This document shows, piece after piece, positions 9,078 to 17,300 of a DNA stretch of 64,000 nt. How positions within the stretch are numbered: position 1 is the first letter of the stretch; every line of letters begins with the position of its first letter. Under the pieces are notes generated by a model. The model was given only the letters and a program-made list of their open reading frames with translations, ran no database searches and was not told the origin of the DNA. This DNA is from Thermoplasmatota archaeon (GTDB lineage Archaea; Thermoplasmatota; Penumbrarchaeia; Penumbrarchaeales; Penumbrarchaeaceae), in NCBI GenBank assembly GCA_048569615.1, contig JBLIRK010000007.1:1174-65173 (forward strand), written 5' to 3'. The position numbers were made by a program, and so were the translations under genes.

Positions 9078-12000
9078 TCACGTCTGTTCCGATATCTCAT
9101 CATCAAGGAGGCTCATATCGTACATCTGCCTGCGCACGGGGTTCAGGAGCACGGTCTTTGCATCGTTAATCTCCCTCATGAGATCGGCTATCTCGTCTAG
9201 CTCCATATCCTCTCCCCTCGCAGCCATCCTGTCCGGATGGTATAGGGACGCCATCTTTCTGTATGCCGCCCTGATCTCCTGGGATGTCGCATGCCTGTCG
9301 ACTCCGAGAAGGGTGTAGTAATCACGGTTCTGGTCGAAATATTCGATCTCGAATTCGGCATCCTCCTCGAAGTTCTCCCATCTGACCTTGGGCGGAGGCT
9401 CTTCCACAACGACATAGAAGGCCTCCTTTGTCACGGAACTTCTCCTCCTCTTTATTATGACGAGGATGAGAACCACCGCTATGATCGTGAGGAGGATCGG
9501 AACTGCGGCAATTGCAACTATCAGTATCGAGGAGCCCGATCCCTCCTTCTTCGTCATACTGATCACATCCATCTCCACAGTTCTTCCAGCCTCCACTGTC
9601 ACCACGAACTCCATCATATCGTATCCGTTCTTTCTGATGGTCACCGTGTAAACACCCGGGGGAGCTTCGATCGAAAAACTTCCGTCCGGACCCGTGACTG
9701 TCCCGGCTCCGTTGGAAAGAGCGACCTCCGCACCCTGGACGGGTCTGCCCCTGTTGTCCTTCACTATGCCGGAAATCGCCCCCAGGTACAAAGTGGCGAA
9801 CTCCCAGGTATAGGTAGGGATCTGATTTCCCGCAAGGTCGAATGCCCTGAACCTTACTGTGTAATCCTGGCCGTAATCGAAATTGTCCACGAAATCCACT
9901 AATATTTTTAAGGTGCCGGATGGTCCGATGGAGTAGTCGAACTTGCTCCCGTTCCCCCACCACCGAACTCCCTCCCCATCGAATACTTCGATAAGGATGG
10001 ATTCCTCCTGGAGGGATTCCGAAACCTCAAGGACGATGGGAGCATTGATGGCCACAAGGACGCCGGACGGTGAATGGGAGATTACTTCAGGGACCGTCGT
10101 ATCAACGTATATGGTGATCTCCAGGGTCCTGACATTCCCGGCCCTGTCATATGCCATGAGTTCGATTATGTTTGGTCCTTCCGTCAGGCCTCCAACCAAT
10201 ACTCGGTCGATATAAGGTTCCAGGATCAGGTCCGCCTTGGAAGTCTTCACTCTAAAATGGTGGATGCCCGAAAGAGCGTCAGCGAACTCCCATGAGAGTT
10301 CGATCTCTGTTGTATTTATCAGATTGACCTCCCAAATATCCGGAGAAGCGAATATCAGGCCGGGAGGCTGGATATCGAAGACTATATCCATGTTGCCTTC
10401 CGCGCTGTTTCCGGCAAGGTCCTCCGCCCGAATATGAAGGGTTGTATACTGGCCCTCTATCCAGAGATCGTAGGAAGGTTCAGAGAACAGGGTGGACCAG
10501 TTATCGTCCCTGATCCTGACCCGGTATCCCTTGATGCCGCTTCGCTGGTCCTCTCCATTCCAGGAAATTCGTATGAAGTTGAGATTTACGTAGAGAGGGT
10601 TTGAACCGGAGAGATGGAGGATCGGGTCAGTATGATCGATCTCGAAGACGGTATTGACCTCAGAGACCATTGAGACATTGTTCACCCCCCTTACCCACAC
10701 AGTGTGGGAACCCTCGCTCATCTTCTTTTTGGAATGACCTGTGCTCAATCCCACCGAGGTCCACTGGCCGTCATCTATCCTGATCTCGTAGTGGTCCATA
10801 CCGCTCTCGAGGTCCTCACCTTCCCAGGTTATGAGCACATCGCTCGTATTCACCCAAGAACCCGATTTTGGAGTCAGTATCCTCAACTCGGGTTTCGAAT
10901 CATCCTTGAATCCGGATACTATCTTGGAGAGCTCGCCTTCACCGTAGGCATTCGTGGCCCGTATCCCGTAATAGTATCTGAAGCCGCCAATGACCTCCGT
11001 GTCCGAATATTCCGTGGAAGTCCTGTCGACGGCGTTGAGGAATTCAAGTCTTTCAGGTGAGCTCCCCCTGTAGATGTGGTATTGGTATATTTTACCGGTC
11101 AGACTCTTCAGGGGTTCTTCCCATCTCAGTTCGATCCTTGTGGCACCCGAAAAGCACTTAATATTTCTGGGCTCCGAAACGAGCGGATACGGCGAATGGG
11201 TCAGTGGAAAGTGATCGGCTGACCATCTTTCGGGAAGGCTGTAAACAGTGTAATCTACGATGCCGTCAAAGTCCGAGTCGGAACCCTCGACGTTGGACCA
11301 GTAGTTCCCCCTCGATGAGGTGTTCCAGCTGGTGTATCTGCCCAGGTCCTTGACCTGCCAGACCTGGGGTATGGGGTAGTAGTCGGTGCCGTTGTTCCAG
11401 ATGAAGGAATTCTCGAAGAACTGGTTGTTCTTCCCCCACTCGACGAGGATGGCTTCCCTATGGCTCTCGAGAATGAGGTTATGATCGATCCTTCCGTTAT
11501 CCACATACTTCAGACGGACGGCCTTGTTGCATTCCCTTATGAGGTTCCATTCCATTTCCAGAAAGCTGGAATCGATGATATCGATCCCGGTCTGGGAGCC
11601 CGTTATCTCGTTCCCCGTTATGACGAGTGTGTCCTCTGCGTTGGTGATGAATAGACCGGAGTTGTCCGCATCGATCGTATTGTTCATTATCCGGACATCA
11701 TGACAATAATCAAAGGCCGAACCCGTACCAGCTGAATTCATGGTATTATCCTTCAAGATCACGCCATCCACATTATGGAAACCCGGTGCTCCGCTCAACC
11801 CGCAGGTGAAATCATTCCCTTCCACCAGGATGTCCCCCCCCTCCCAGGCATACAATGAGGGCCAGAGGTCGTCGAAGGTATTTGATTCAATTCTTACGCG
11901 GGAACAGTCCGTTAACCGGATCCCATCCCCGAAAATGCTCAACTCCGAAAATTTGCAGCTCGATATCCTAAGATCCACTGTGGATATCGATTCAACCGCC

Positions 12001-13766
12001 TCTCCGTTGTTGTAGAAATCGGTCCCTTCGATAACGAAACCGCCGCAGTACTTGGTCCACACACCGTTGTCACATCCCCTCAGGTCCGAGGATGCGAGCT
12101 CGATGTTGTGGGAATACAATGCCGCGATTCCGCATGCGGAGGAAACCACGTCGATCCCGGACATCCTGATGTTCTCGCAATCGAAGATGAAGAAGGGAGC
12201 ATCGGCAGGGTACATCGTCATGTCCGAAAATTGGATGTTGCTGGACTGGTACATAATGATCTGGTTGGTATCGGGCGATATCTCTGCGTTTTCAAGGTCG
12301 ATGTTTTTATAGAATTCAATGGGCTTATCCCTGAAAATGTTGTCCTTCATCGCGAGAGTTGATAGCAGGGGGTCGAGCGAGCGGTATTGGTGATATTGAA
12401 AATCCTCGAAGGCCAATCCCTTACCATATAATGTATTCCCTATCAGCGTAATATTTTCATTTTTATAATGAAATAACAGATCGTATTCCGAATCTGAATT
12501 GAAAAAATTGGAATCAAAGCTAACTTTGTCCGACCAATGAACATAAAGCGCATCGGCAAAATATGAACGAAAAACACTGTTCTTGACCTGAATGTTGTTC
12601 CCATGGAAGATATCCAAACTTCTTGATGATGAGCGGATGTTGGAAAGTTCAATGAGGACATCATCGGAAAAACTGACCTCCAATCCATACAGGTCCGATA
12701 GGATCGACACTTCCGAGAGGGTTATTCTCCCTGATTCGAGGATTGCGATCCCAGAAGGATAGGCACCGTTAATTTCGGTATCATATACGACCATGTTCTC
12801 CGAATATTGGATCTCCATTCCGGACCATTCGGGTCTCAAGGTAAACAATACAATCGCGCAGTTTGCGATACCGTTGGCCTTGATCCCGTAACCGCAATCC
12901 AGGATCTGGCCGCTTTGTAATTCCAGATCATGGGAATCCGTCAATTCCATCCCGAAATCATGATAGGAAATGGAATCCAATTCCATCATGACATACTTTG
13001 AATCTTTGATCGACACTCCGGTTCCGGTAACTTCTTCCGGGTCCCCCGTTATGTCATTCCCGAAGGTTGTCAAATTGGAGCAATTATCGATCTGGAATCC
13101 CACGCCCGTGTCATTTACCCAGGATTCACTGATCAGGCTGTTATTGCAATCCAGCAGATGAAAGCCCCACTGACAGTAATCTATAGATGATGTCCTGCAA
13201 ATGGATGTTCCTTCCGATTCCTCTATCCAGATGCCCTTCCAATAAGAATTCGTGATATTGCATCCATCGATATCAGTCAAATAAGAGTTCAGAATGTATA
13301 TCCCTACTGCCTGGGCTTTGATCATTGTTGCTGTTATTTGGGGACCGCGACCGCATCTTTCGGCATAGATCCCTACGGGACCCACATCAATTACGCAGTT
13401 CGCTATGGAGATGTCCATTGAATTGCTGATGAAGATACCGTTGTCCTTCGAATTCTTGAGGGTGCAGTTTTGAACGGATATGCTGTAGGTTGTGTTTGCG
13501 ATGGCTATGCAGAATGAACTCCCCCCTGCATCTATTGTGTAATTGCTGATCAGAATGGGATCCTGTTGGGAGCCGCTCCCGGGCCATCCCTCGGAAGATG
13601 CCGTGTTAAGGAGGTCGGCATTCCCATCGATATCTATGACGGAGTGCGGATTACTACCTGCTGAGGGGAAATCGATTCCGCTTCCATCGATATCGAGCAC
13701 GCCAATGAAGCTGGCACTGAACAATATGATAACTAATGCTGCAGCAGGCCGCCTCGGTATCCTCAT
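9078..13766 (-). CDS. Large cell-surface beta-helix/Fn3/Ig protein (1562 aa) with single TM and cytoplasmic C-terminal J-domain
   Basis: Signal peptide MRIPRRPAAALVIILFSASFIG; long beta-helix; Fn3 LRWEEP..YHIYR..YYYGIRATN; TM ILIVAIAAVPILLTIIAVVLILVII followed by KRRR; tail DYYTLLGV..EIRAAYRKMASLYHPDR..MREINDAKTVLLNPVRRQMYD (HPD codons at 9231-9239). Confidence 0.9.
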   Translation of the reverse strand: MRIPRRPAAALVIILFSASFIGVLDIDGSGIDFPSAGSNPHSVIDIDGNADLLNTASSEGWPGSGSQQDPILISNYTIDAGGSSFCIAIANTTYSISVQNCTLKNSKDNGIFISNSMDISIANCVIDVGPVGIYAERCGRGPQITATMIKAQAVGIYILNSYLTDIDGCNITNSYWKGIWIEESEGTSICRTSSIDYCQWGFHLLDCNNSLISESWVNDTGVGFQIDNCSNLTTFGNDITGDPEEVTGTGVSIKDSKYVMMELDSISYHDFGMELTDSHDLELQSGQILDCGYGIKANGIANCAIVLFTLRPEWSGMEIQYSENMVVYDTEINGAYPSGIAILESGRITLSEVSILSDLYGLEVSFSDDVLIELSNIRSSSRSLDIFHGNNIQVKNSVFRSYFADALYVHWSDKVSFDSNFFNSDSEYDLLFHYKNENITLIGNTLYGKGLAFEDFQYHQYRSLDPLLSTLAMKDNIFRDKPIEFYKNIDLENAEISPDTNQIIMYQSSNIQFSDMTMYPADAPFFIFDCENIRMSGIDVVSSACGIAALYSHNIELASSDLRGCDNGVWTKYCGGFVIEGTDFYNNGEAVESISTVDLRISSCKFSELSIFGDGIRLTDCSRVRIESNTFDDLWPSLYAWEGGDILVEGNDFTCGLSGAPGFHNVDGVILKDNTMNSAGTGSAFDYCHDVRIMNNTIDADNSGLFITNAEDTLVITGNEITGSQTGIDIIDSSFLEMEWNLIRECNKAVRLKYVDNGRIDHNLILESHREAILVEWGKNNQFFENSFIWNNGTDYYPIPQVWQVKDLGRYTSWNTSSRGNYWSNVEGSDSDFDGIVDYTVYSLPERWSADHFPLTHSPYPLVSEPRNIKCFSGATRIELRWEEPLKSLTGKIYQYHIYRGSSPERLEFLNAVDRTSTEYSDTEVIGGFRYYYGIRATNAYGEGELSKIVSGFKDDSKPELRILTPKSGSWVNTSDVLITWEGEDLESGMDHYEIRIDDGQWTSVGLSTGHSKKKMSEGSHTVWVRGVNNVSMVSEVNTVFEIDHTDPILHLSGSNPLYVNLNFIRISWNGEDQRSGIKGYRVRIRDDNWSTLFSEPSYDLWIEGQYTTLHIRAEDLAGNSAEGNMDIVFDIQPPGLIFASPDIWEVNLINTTEIELSWEFADALSGIHHFRVKTSKADLILEPYIDRVLVGGLTEGPNIIELMAYDRAGNVRTLEITIYVDTTVPEVISHSPSGVLVAINAPIVLEVSESLQEESILIEVFDGEGVRWWGNGSKFDYSIGPSGTLKILVDFVDNFDYGQDYTVRFRAFDLAGNQIPTYTWEFATLYLGAISGIVKDNRGRPVQGAEVALSNGAGTVTGPDGSFSIEAPPGVYTVTIRKNGYDMMEFVVTVEAGRTVEMDVISMTKKEGSGSSILIVAIAAVPILLTIIAVVLILVIIKRRRSSVTKEAFYVVVEEPPPKVRWENFEEDAEFEIEYFDQNRDYYTLLGVDRHATSQEIRAAYRKMASLYHPDRMAARGEDMELDEIADLMREINDAKTVLLNPVRRQMYDMSLLDDEISEQT

Positions 13767-13890
13767 ACCTCCCGCTATTAATGACCTTCCAAAGGTCTAT
13801 TAAAATTTGTGGTGCACATATGATAAGCCATATAGGTCTTTTCACGGAGCCATCGTTAATGTTTTATCCTAACGATACCTTGGAAGCCCG

Positions 13891-16485
13891 ATGAGGAGAG
13901 CTTTGGTATTGTCAATGATCTTCTTCATGTTCATTTCATCCTTTGTTTTTATTGCTCTGAAATCCAATTCGGAGACCTTGCCCGAAACCGATGACGACGC
14001 TCCCCGACAGTTCTTCATAGAGGGGAACGACGAGCTGCGAATGATGGCAGAAGAGGAGGGATGGAACGGCACAGGAAACCACGGGGACCCTTTCATCATT
14101 GAAGGCTACACGCTAGGTACGGACGATGTCAACTTCTCCTTGGTCCTTTCCCTTGTCTCCGATCACGTGATTTTCAGAGACTGCAGATTCCTCGATGATC
14201 TTCAGGCGGAATTCTCTGTCATTGGAGCCAACGTTCAGTTGGAACTCTGCTCCAACGTAACCTTTGAGGAATGCAGTTTCTTATCCATGGGTTATGACTG
14301 TCTATTCGTCCTTTTCTCCGATAATATCAGTGTGAAGAGCTGCACATTCCAGGGAGGAGGCGAGAGGGGGAGCCTTGTTATCGCAGAGAGTGCTGACCTC
14401 GAGATAATCGCTAATAACTTTCTCGGACCCGAACCAAGTTATTTGATATTCCATAATTGCCGCAGAGTCCATTTCAAGGACAATATAATGCAAGGCCCAG
14501 ATTCATTCTGCGACTTCAGCATGGTCCGGGATTCGGTCCTATCCAACAATACGGTAACCGATAGCGAGGGTCTCTGCTGGCTCCTGGTCCATTGTCAATA
14601 TATCGATCTAGTGCAGAACCGCTTCACGGGTTACGGATCGATGGAACATTTCCTGGTGCTGGATCAGGCATATGACATACGGATCAAGGGGAACACCATC
14701 GAGGGCTCCTGGCTTGGCATCTACTTTAACAACTGCTTCAGAGGTAAGATATTTGATAACCTGATAGATTGTAACCACATCTCGATAGCTATGAGCTATT
14801 GTGACGGTTTTTCCCTTCAGAGGAATCAAATGACCGGGGGGGGGCTGTTCTTCCTTGGAGATCTTGAATACTATCTAGGGCATGAGATCTCCGATAACAA
14901 CACGGTCAACGGCAAACCCGTCCTCTTCCTGAAGAACGCGGATCTGGATGGAAAGACCATTGGCGGTGGGGCCGGCCAGATATTCCTGGTGAACATATCG
15001 GATTGCGCCGTCGAAGGTGCAAGGATCGAGGATACTTTGTCTCCCATCAATCTTGTCGGGTGCAGAGATGTTGCGGTCAGGTTTAGTATTTTAGCAGGAA
15101 ACAGCAGAGGCATCAGGTGTGTCCTCAGCGAGGAATTGGACCTGTCAGGGAACAAAATAACCAATTGCGAGGACGGAATCGAGATAGAAGCCTCCCGGAA
15201 GGTCACTATCTCAGAAAATCAGATAAACGTCCTCATGAAAGGGGTGGACCTTGGAGGATCCTATGACTGCATCGTGAAGGAGAACAATATATCTGGATCG
15301 ATTAGGGATGTCGTGGTCCTGCTTTCGGAAAGGAGCAGGATAGAGGGTAACACGCTCAACGGACCAAATGGCTTGAGGATTGTCGATTCGGTGGATACGG
15401 TCATCACAAATAACATCGTCAATAACGGGATCATCAGCATACCGGAGTCTGTTCTGCTTTCGGGTGAGCAGCCCGAACCTGCTGGAAATATCGTTGACGG
15501 GAAAGAATGGGTCTATCTTTTAAACCGCAGGGGATTCGAGGTGGATCTTCCTGAAGATATCGGATATCTGGGGATATTCAATTCATCGGGAGGCATCATC
15601 AGGGGGATCGAGATGAGCCGATGCTCCGGGATCGATATGGTCAGGACGAAGGATATCCTGATAGAGGATGTCCGGATGGAACGCATGGAAAATGGGCTCA
15701 GGATCTCCGAGAGCACCGATATCGTTGTTAACGAATGCTCGTTTGCTGACGAATGGTGGACCCTTGAGGACGGCTCCATAGTGTCAAGTTTCATACCATC
15801 CATCAGGGCTATCAGATCTGGCAACTGCTTCCTGACTAATTCCACATTCGATCATCCATTTACCGCCCTTTCTCTCGATGGCTGCTCAAGATGGACCGTG
15901 GAGAATAACCGGATCAACGGTTCCCTGGACAAGTCCATTAGCGTTTTCAACCGGAGCAGGTCGAACTTATTCAAGGATAATGTGATAGAAGGTTCCAGGA
16001 CGACAGGGATCGCATTTGATTTTTCCCTAGAGAACATCGTCATGAAGAACAGGATAGAGAACTGTACAAGGTGGGGGGTCAGCTGCAGCGTGGGAGCTTA
16101 TGAAAATCTGATCTATCTCAATATCTTCAAGTCCAACAATGGTGCCGGCGAGCGGTTCCAGGATGAGAATAAGCAGGTCCACGATTCGGATGGTGTGAAC
16201 TACTGGTGCTTTGACGGCCCCCAGGGAGAGTACGGCAACTTCTGGAGCGACCTCAGAGGGCCCGATGAGGACGAGGACCTGGTTGCGGATGATCCCTATC
16301 CGATATGGGGACAGGGAAAGGTGGCTGATCGTTATCCAATGATGGAGGAAGAATACAGAAATGTAGATCCCAGGGATGACCAGACAGATGATGAATTTGA
16401 CCTGGTACTTTCGATAATACTCCTTGCAGTTATGCTTGGAATGGTGCTCCTGCTGACCGGATGGATGTTGTTTAGAAGAAATTGA
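13891..16485 (+). CDS. Cell-surface NosD-type right-handed beta-helix protein with C-terminal membrane anchor
   Basis: Signal peptide MRRALVLSMIFFMFISSFVFIAL; N-cap GWNGTGNHGDPFII and C-cap GNFWSD..D..DDPY..DRYPM shared with the three paralogs; C-terminal TM followed by RRN. Confidence 0.85.
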   Translation: MRRALVLSMIFFMFISSFVFIALKSNSETLPETDDDAPRQFFIEGNDELRMMAEEEGWNGTGNHGDPFIIEGYTLGTDDVNFSLVLSLVSDHVIFRDCRFLDDLQAEFSVIGANVQLELCSNVTFEECSFLSMGYDCLFVLFSDNISVKSCTFQGGGERGSLVIAESADLEIIANNFLGPEPSYLIFHNCRRVHFKDNIMQGPDSFCDFSMVRDSVLSNNTVTDSEGLCWLLVHCQYIDLVQNRFTGYGSMEHFLVLDQAYDIRIKGNTIEGSWLGIYFNNCFRGKIFDNLIDCNHISIAMSYCDGFSLQRNQMTGGGLFFLGDLEYYLGHEISDNNTVNGKPVLFLKNADLDGKTIGGGAGQIFLVNISDCAVEGARIEDTLSPINLVGCRDVAVRFSILAGNSRGIRCVLSEELDLSGNKITNCEDGIEIEASRKVTISENQINVLMKGVDLGGSYDCIVKENNISGSIRDVVVLLSERSRIEGNTLNGPNGLRIVDSVDTVITNNIVNNGIISIPESVLLSGEQPEPAGNIVDGKEWVYLLNRRGFEVDLPEDIGYLGIFNSSGGIIRGIEMSRCSGIDMVRTKDILIEDVRMERMENGLRISESTDIVVNECSFADEWWTLEDGSIVSSFIPSIRAIRSGNCFLTNSTFDHPFTALSLDGCSRWTVENNRINGSLDKSISVFNRSRSNLFKDNVIEGSRTTGIAFDFSLENIVMKNRIENCTRWGVSCSVGAYENLIYLNIFKSNNGAGERFQDENKQVHDSDGVNYWCFDGPQGEYGNFWSDLRGPDEDEDLVADDPYPIWGQGKVADRYPMMEEEYRNVDPRDDQTDDEFDLVLSIILLAVMLGMVLLLTGWMLFRRN

Positions 16486-16508
16486 AATTAAAAAGGGTAG
16501 AACCGATA

Positions 16509-16751
16509 TCAGATGATATCGAAGACCCTTAGAAGGATTACCACGAGGACAACTATTACAACTACGGCGATGGGGAGCAGGCAGCAGATGCCTATCCACA
16601 GGGCCACTGCGAATCCTATGACCTCCCAGCTTACAAAACCCAGTATGGCTAGTATAATGAGTACGATTATCAGCGTCCCGAAGAAGCCCGGTCCTATCTG
16701 GATCCTGCGGTGTTCGTGCTCCCTGTCTCTCAAGGGAGGTAAAAAGGACAT
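16509..16751 (-). CDS. Small hydrophobic membrane protein (about 2 TM)
   Basis: 80-aa ORF almost entirely hydrophobic after residue 20; fits cleanly between convergent gene end 16485 and the tRNA region; start uncertain. Confidence 0.55.
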   Translation of the reverse strand: MSFLPPLRDREHEHRRIQIGPGFFGTLIIVLIILAILGFVSWEVIGFAVALWIGICCLLPIAVVVIVVLVVILLRVFDII

Positions 16752-16795
16752 TAACCGATATATTGGTTTGGTTAGGCGGATTAGCCCAAAATAAA

Positions 16796-16913
16796 TGGCG
16801 GACCCAGAGGGATCGACTGCGCATCAACTCCTTCGGAGTTATGCTAGCCTTTGAACACTGTGTAAAAGTGGTGTTCAAAGGACCAAGGTTCGAATCCCAA
16901 GTTTCAAGGGCCC
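16796..16913 (-). ncRNA. Structured tRNA-like element containing a copy of the tRNA-Arg 3' end with encoded CCA
   Basis: Minus strand: GGGCCC...GGGATTCGA..CCTTTGAACAC-12 nt-GTGTTCAAAGG..GCATAACTCC-GAA-GGAGTTGATGC..TCGATCCC TCT GGGTCC GCCA. Plus-strand 16798-16813 matches the tRNA 3' end at 16958-16973 in 15/16 nt. Expression is unknown. Confidence 0.45.
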
Positions 16914-16958
16914 GATATTCTATCTCATCCGAGAATAATTGAAATTCGATAGAATAAG

Positions 16959-17032
16959 CGGACCCAGGGGGATTCGAACCCCCGTCACCGGCTCCGAAGG
17001 CCAGCAGGATATCCAGGCTACCCTATGGGCCC
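16959..17032 (-). tRNA. tRNA-Arg (anticodon TCG), no intron, CCA not encoded
   Basis: Reverse complement GGGCCCATAGGGTAGCCTGGATATCCTGCTGGCCTTCGGAGCCGGTGACGGGGGTTCGAATCCCCCTGGGTCCG folds as a cloverleaf: acceptor GGGCCCA/TGGGTCC, anticodon loop CTTCGGA, T-loop TTCGAAT, discriminator G. Confidence 0.95.
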
Positions 17033-17060
17033 ATGATTTGTAGAGTGAACGTAGTGAACT

Positions 17061-17067
17061 CTATAAA
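17061..17067 (-). promoter_or_regulatory. Putative TATA box of tRNA-Arg
   Basis: TTTATAG on the minus strand, 29-35 nt upstream of the tRNA 5' end. Confidence 0.55.
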
Positions 17068-17195
17068 TCCTTTGAGGGCAGGCTGGCATATACTCCCGAA
17101 AGGAAGGGGTGGGTCGGGGGTTACACTTCGAAGGAATTCGAAGAATGAAGGAGAAGATGCGGATGCTCACCCTGTTTTTCTCTTGGGGAGAGAAA

Positions 17196-17227
17196 CAGCA
17201 GGATAATACAGGCTACCCTACGGACCC
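17196..17227 (-). pseudogene. Degenerate 5'-half copy of tRNA-Arg (acceptor 5' strand plus D-arm)
   Basis: cagcaggataatacaggctaccctacggaccc aligns to tRNA positions 17002-17032 with 28 of 32 columns identical. It is also preceded by TTTATAG (17258-17264, minus strand). Confidence 0.7.
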
Positions 17228-17300
17228 AAATCTACATTTTTAGGGGTTCATTAAATGCTATAAACACTTCTGAACATATCCGCAACAGAGGTGTAACCCC

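Noticed and set aside
16027-16878. 283-aa minus-strand ORF crossing the tRNA-like element
   Set aside because: Overlaps two better-supported genes and the structured repeat; no protein-like features.
16796-17032. Prophage or integrative element at tRNA-Arg
   Set aside because: The duplicated 3' end is only 160 bp from the tRNA and no integrase or phage genes are present; at most a scar.
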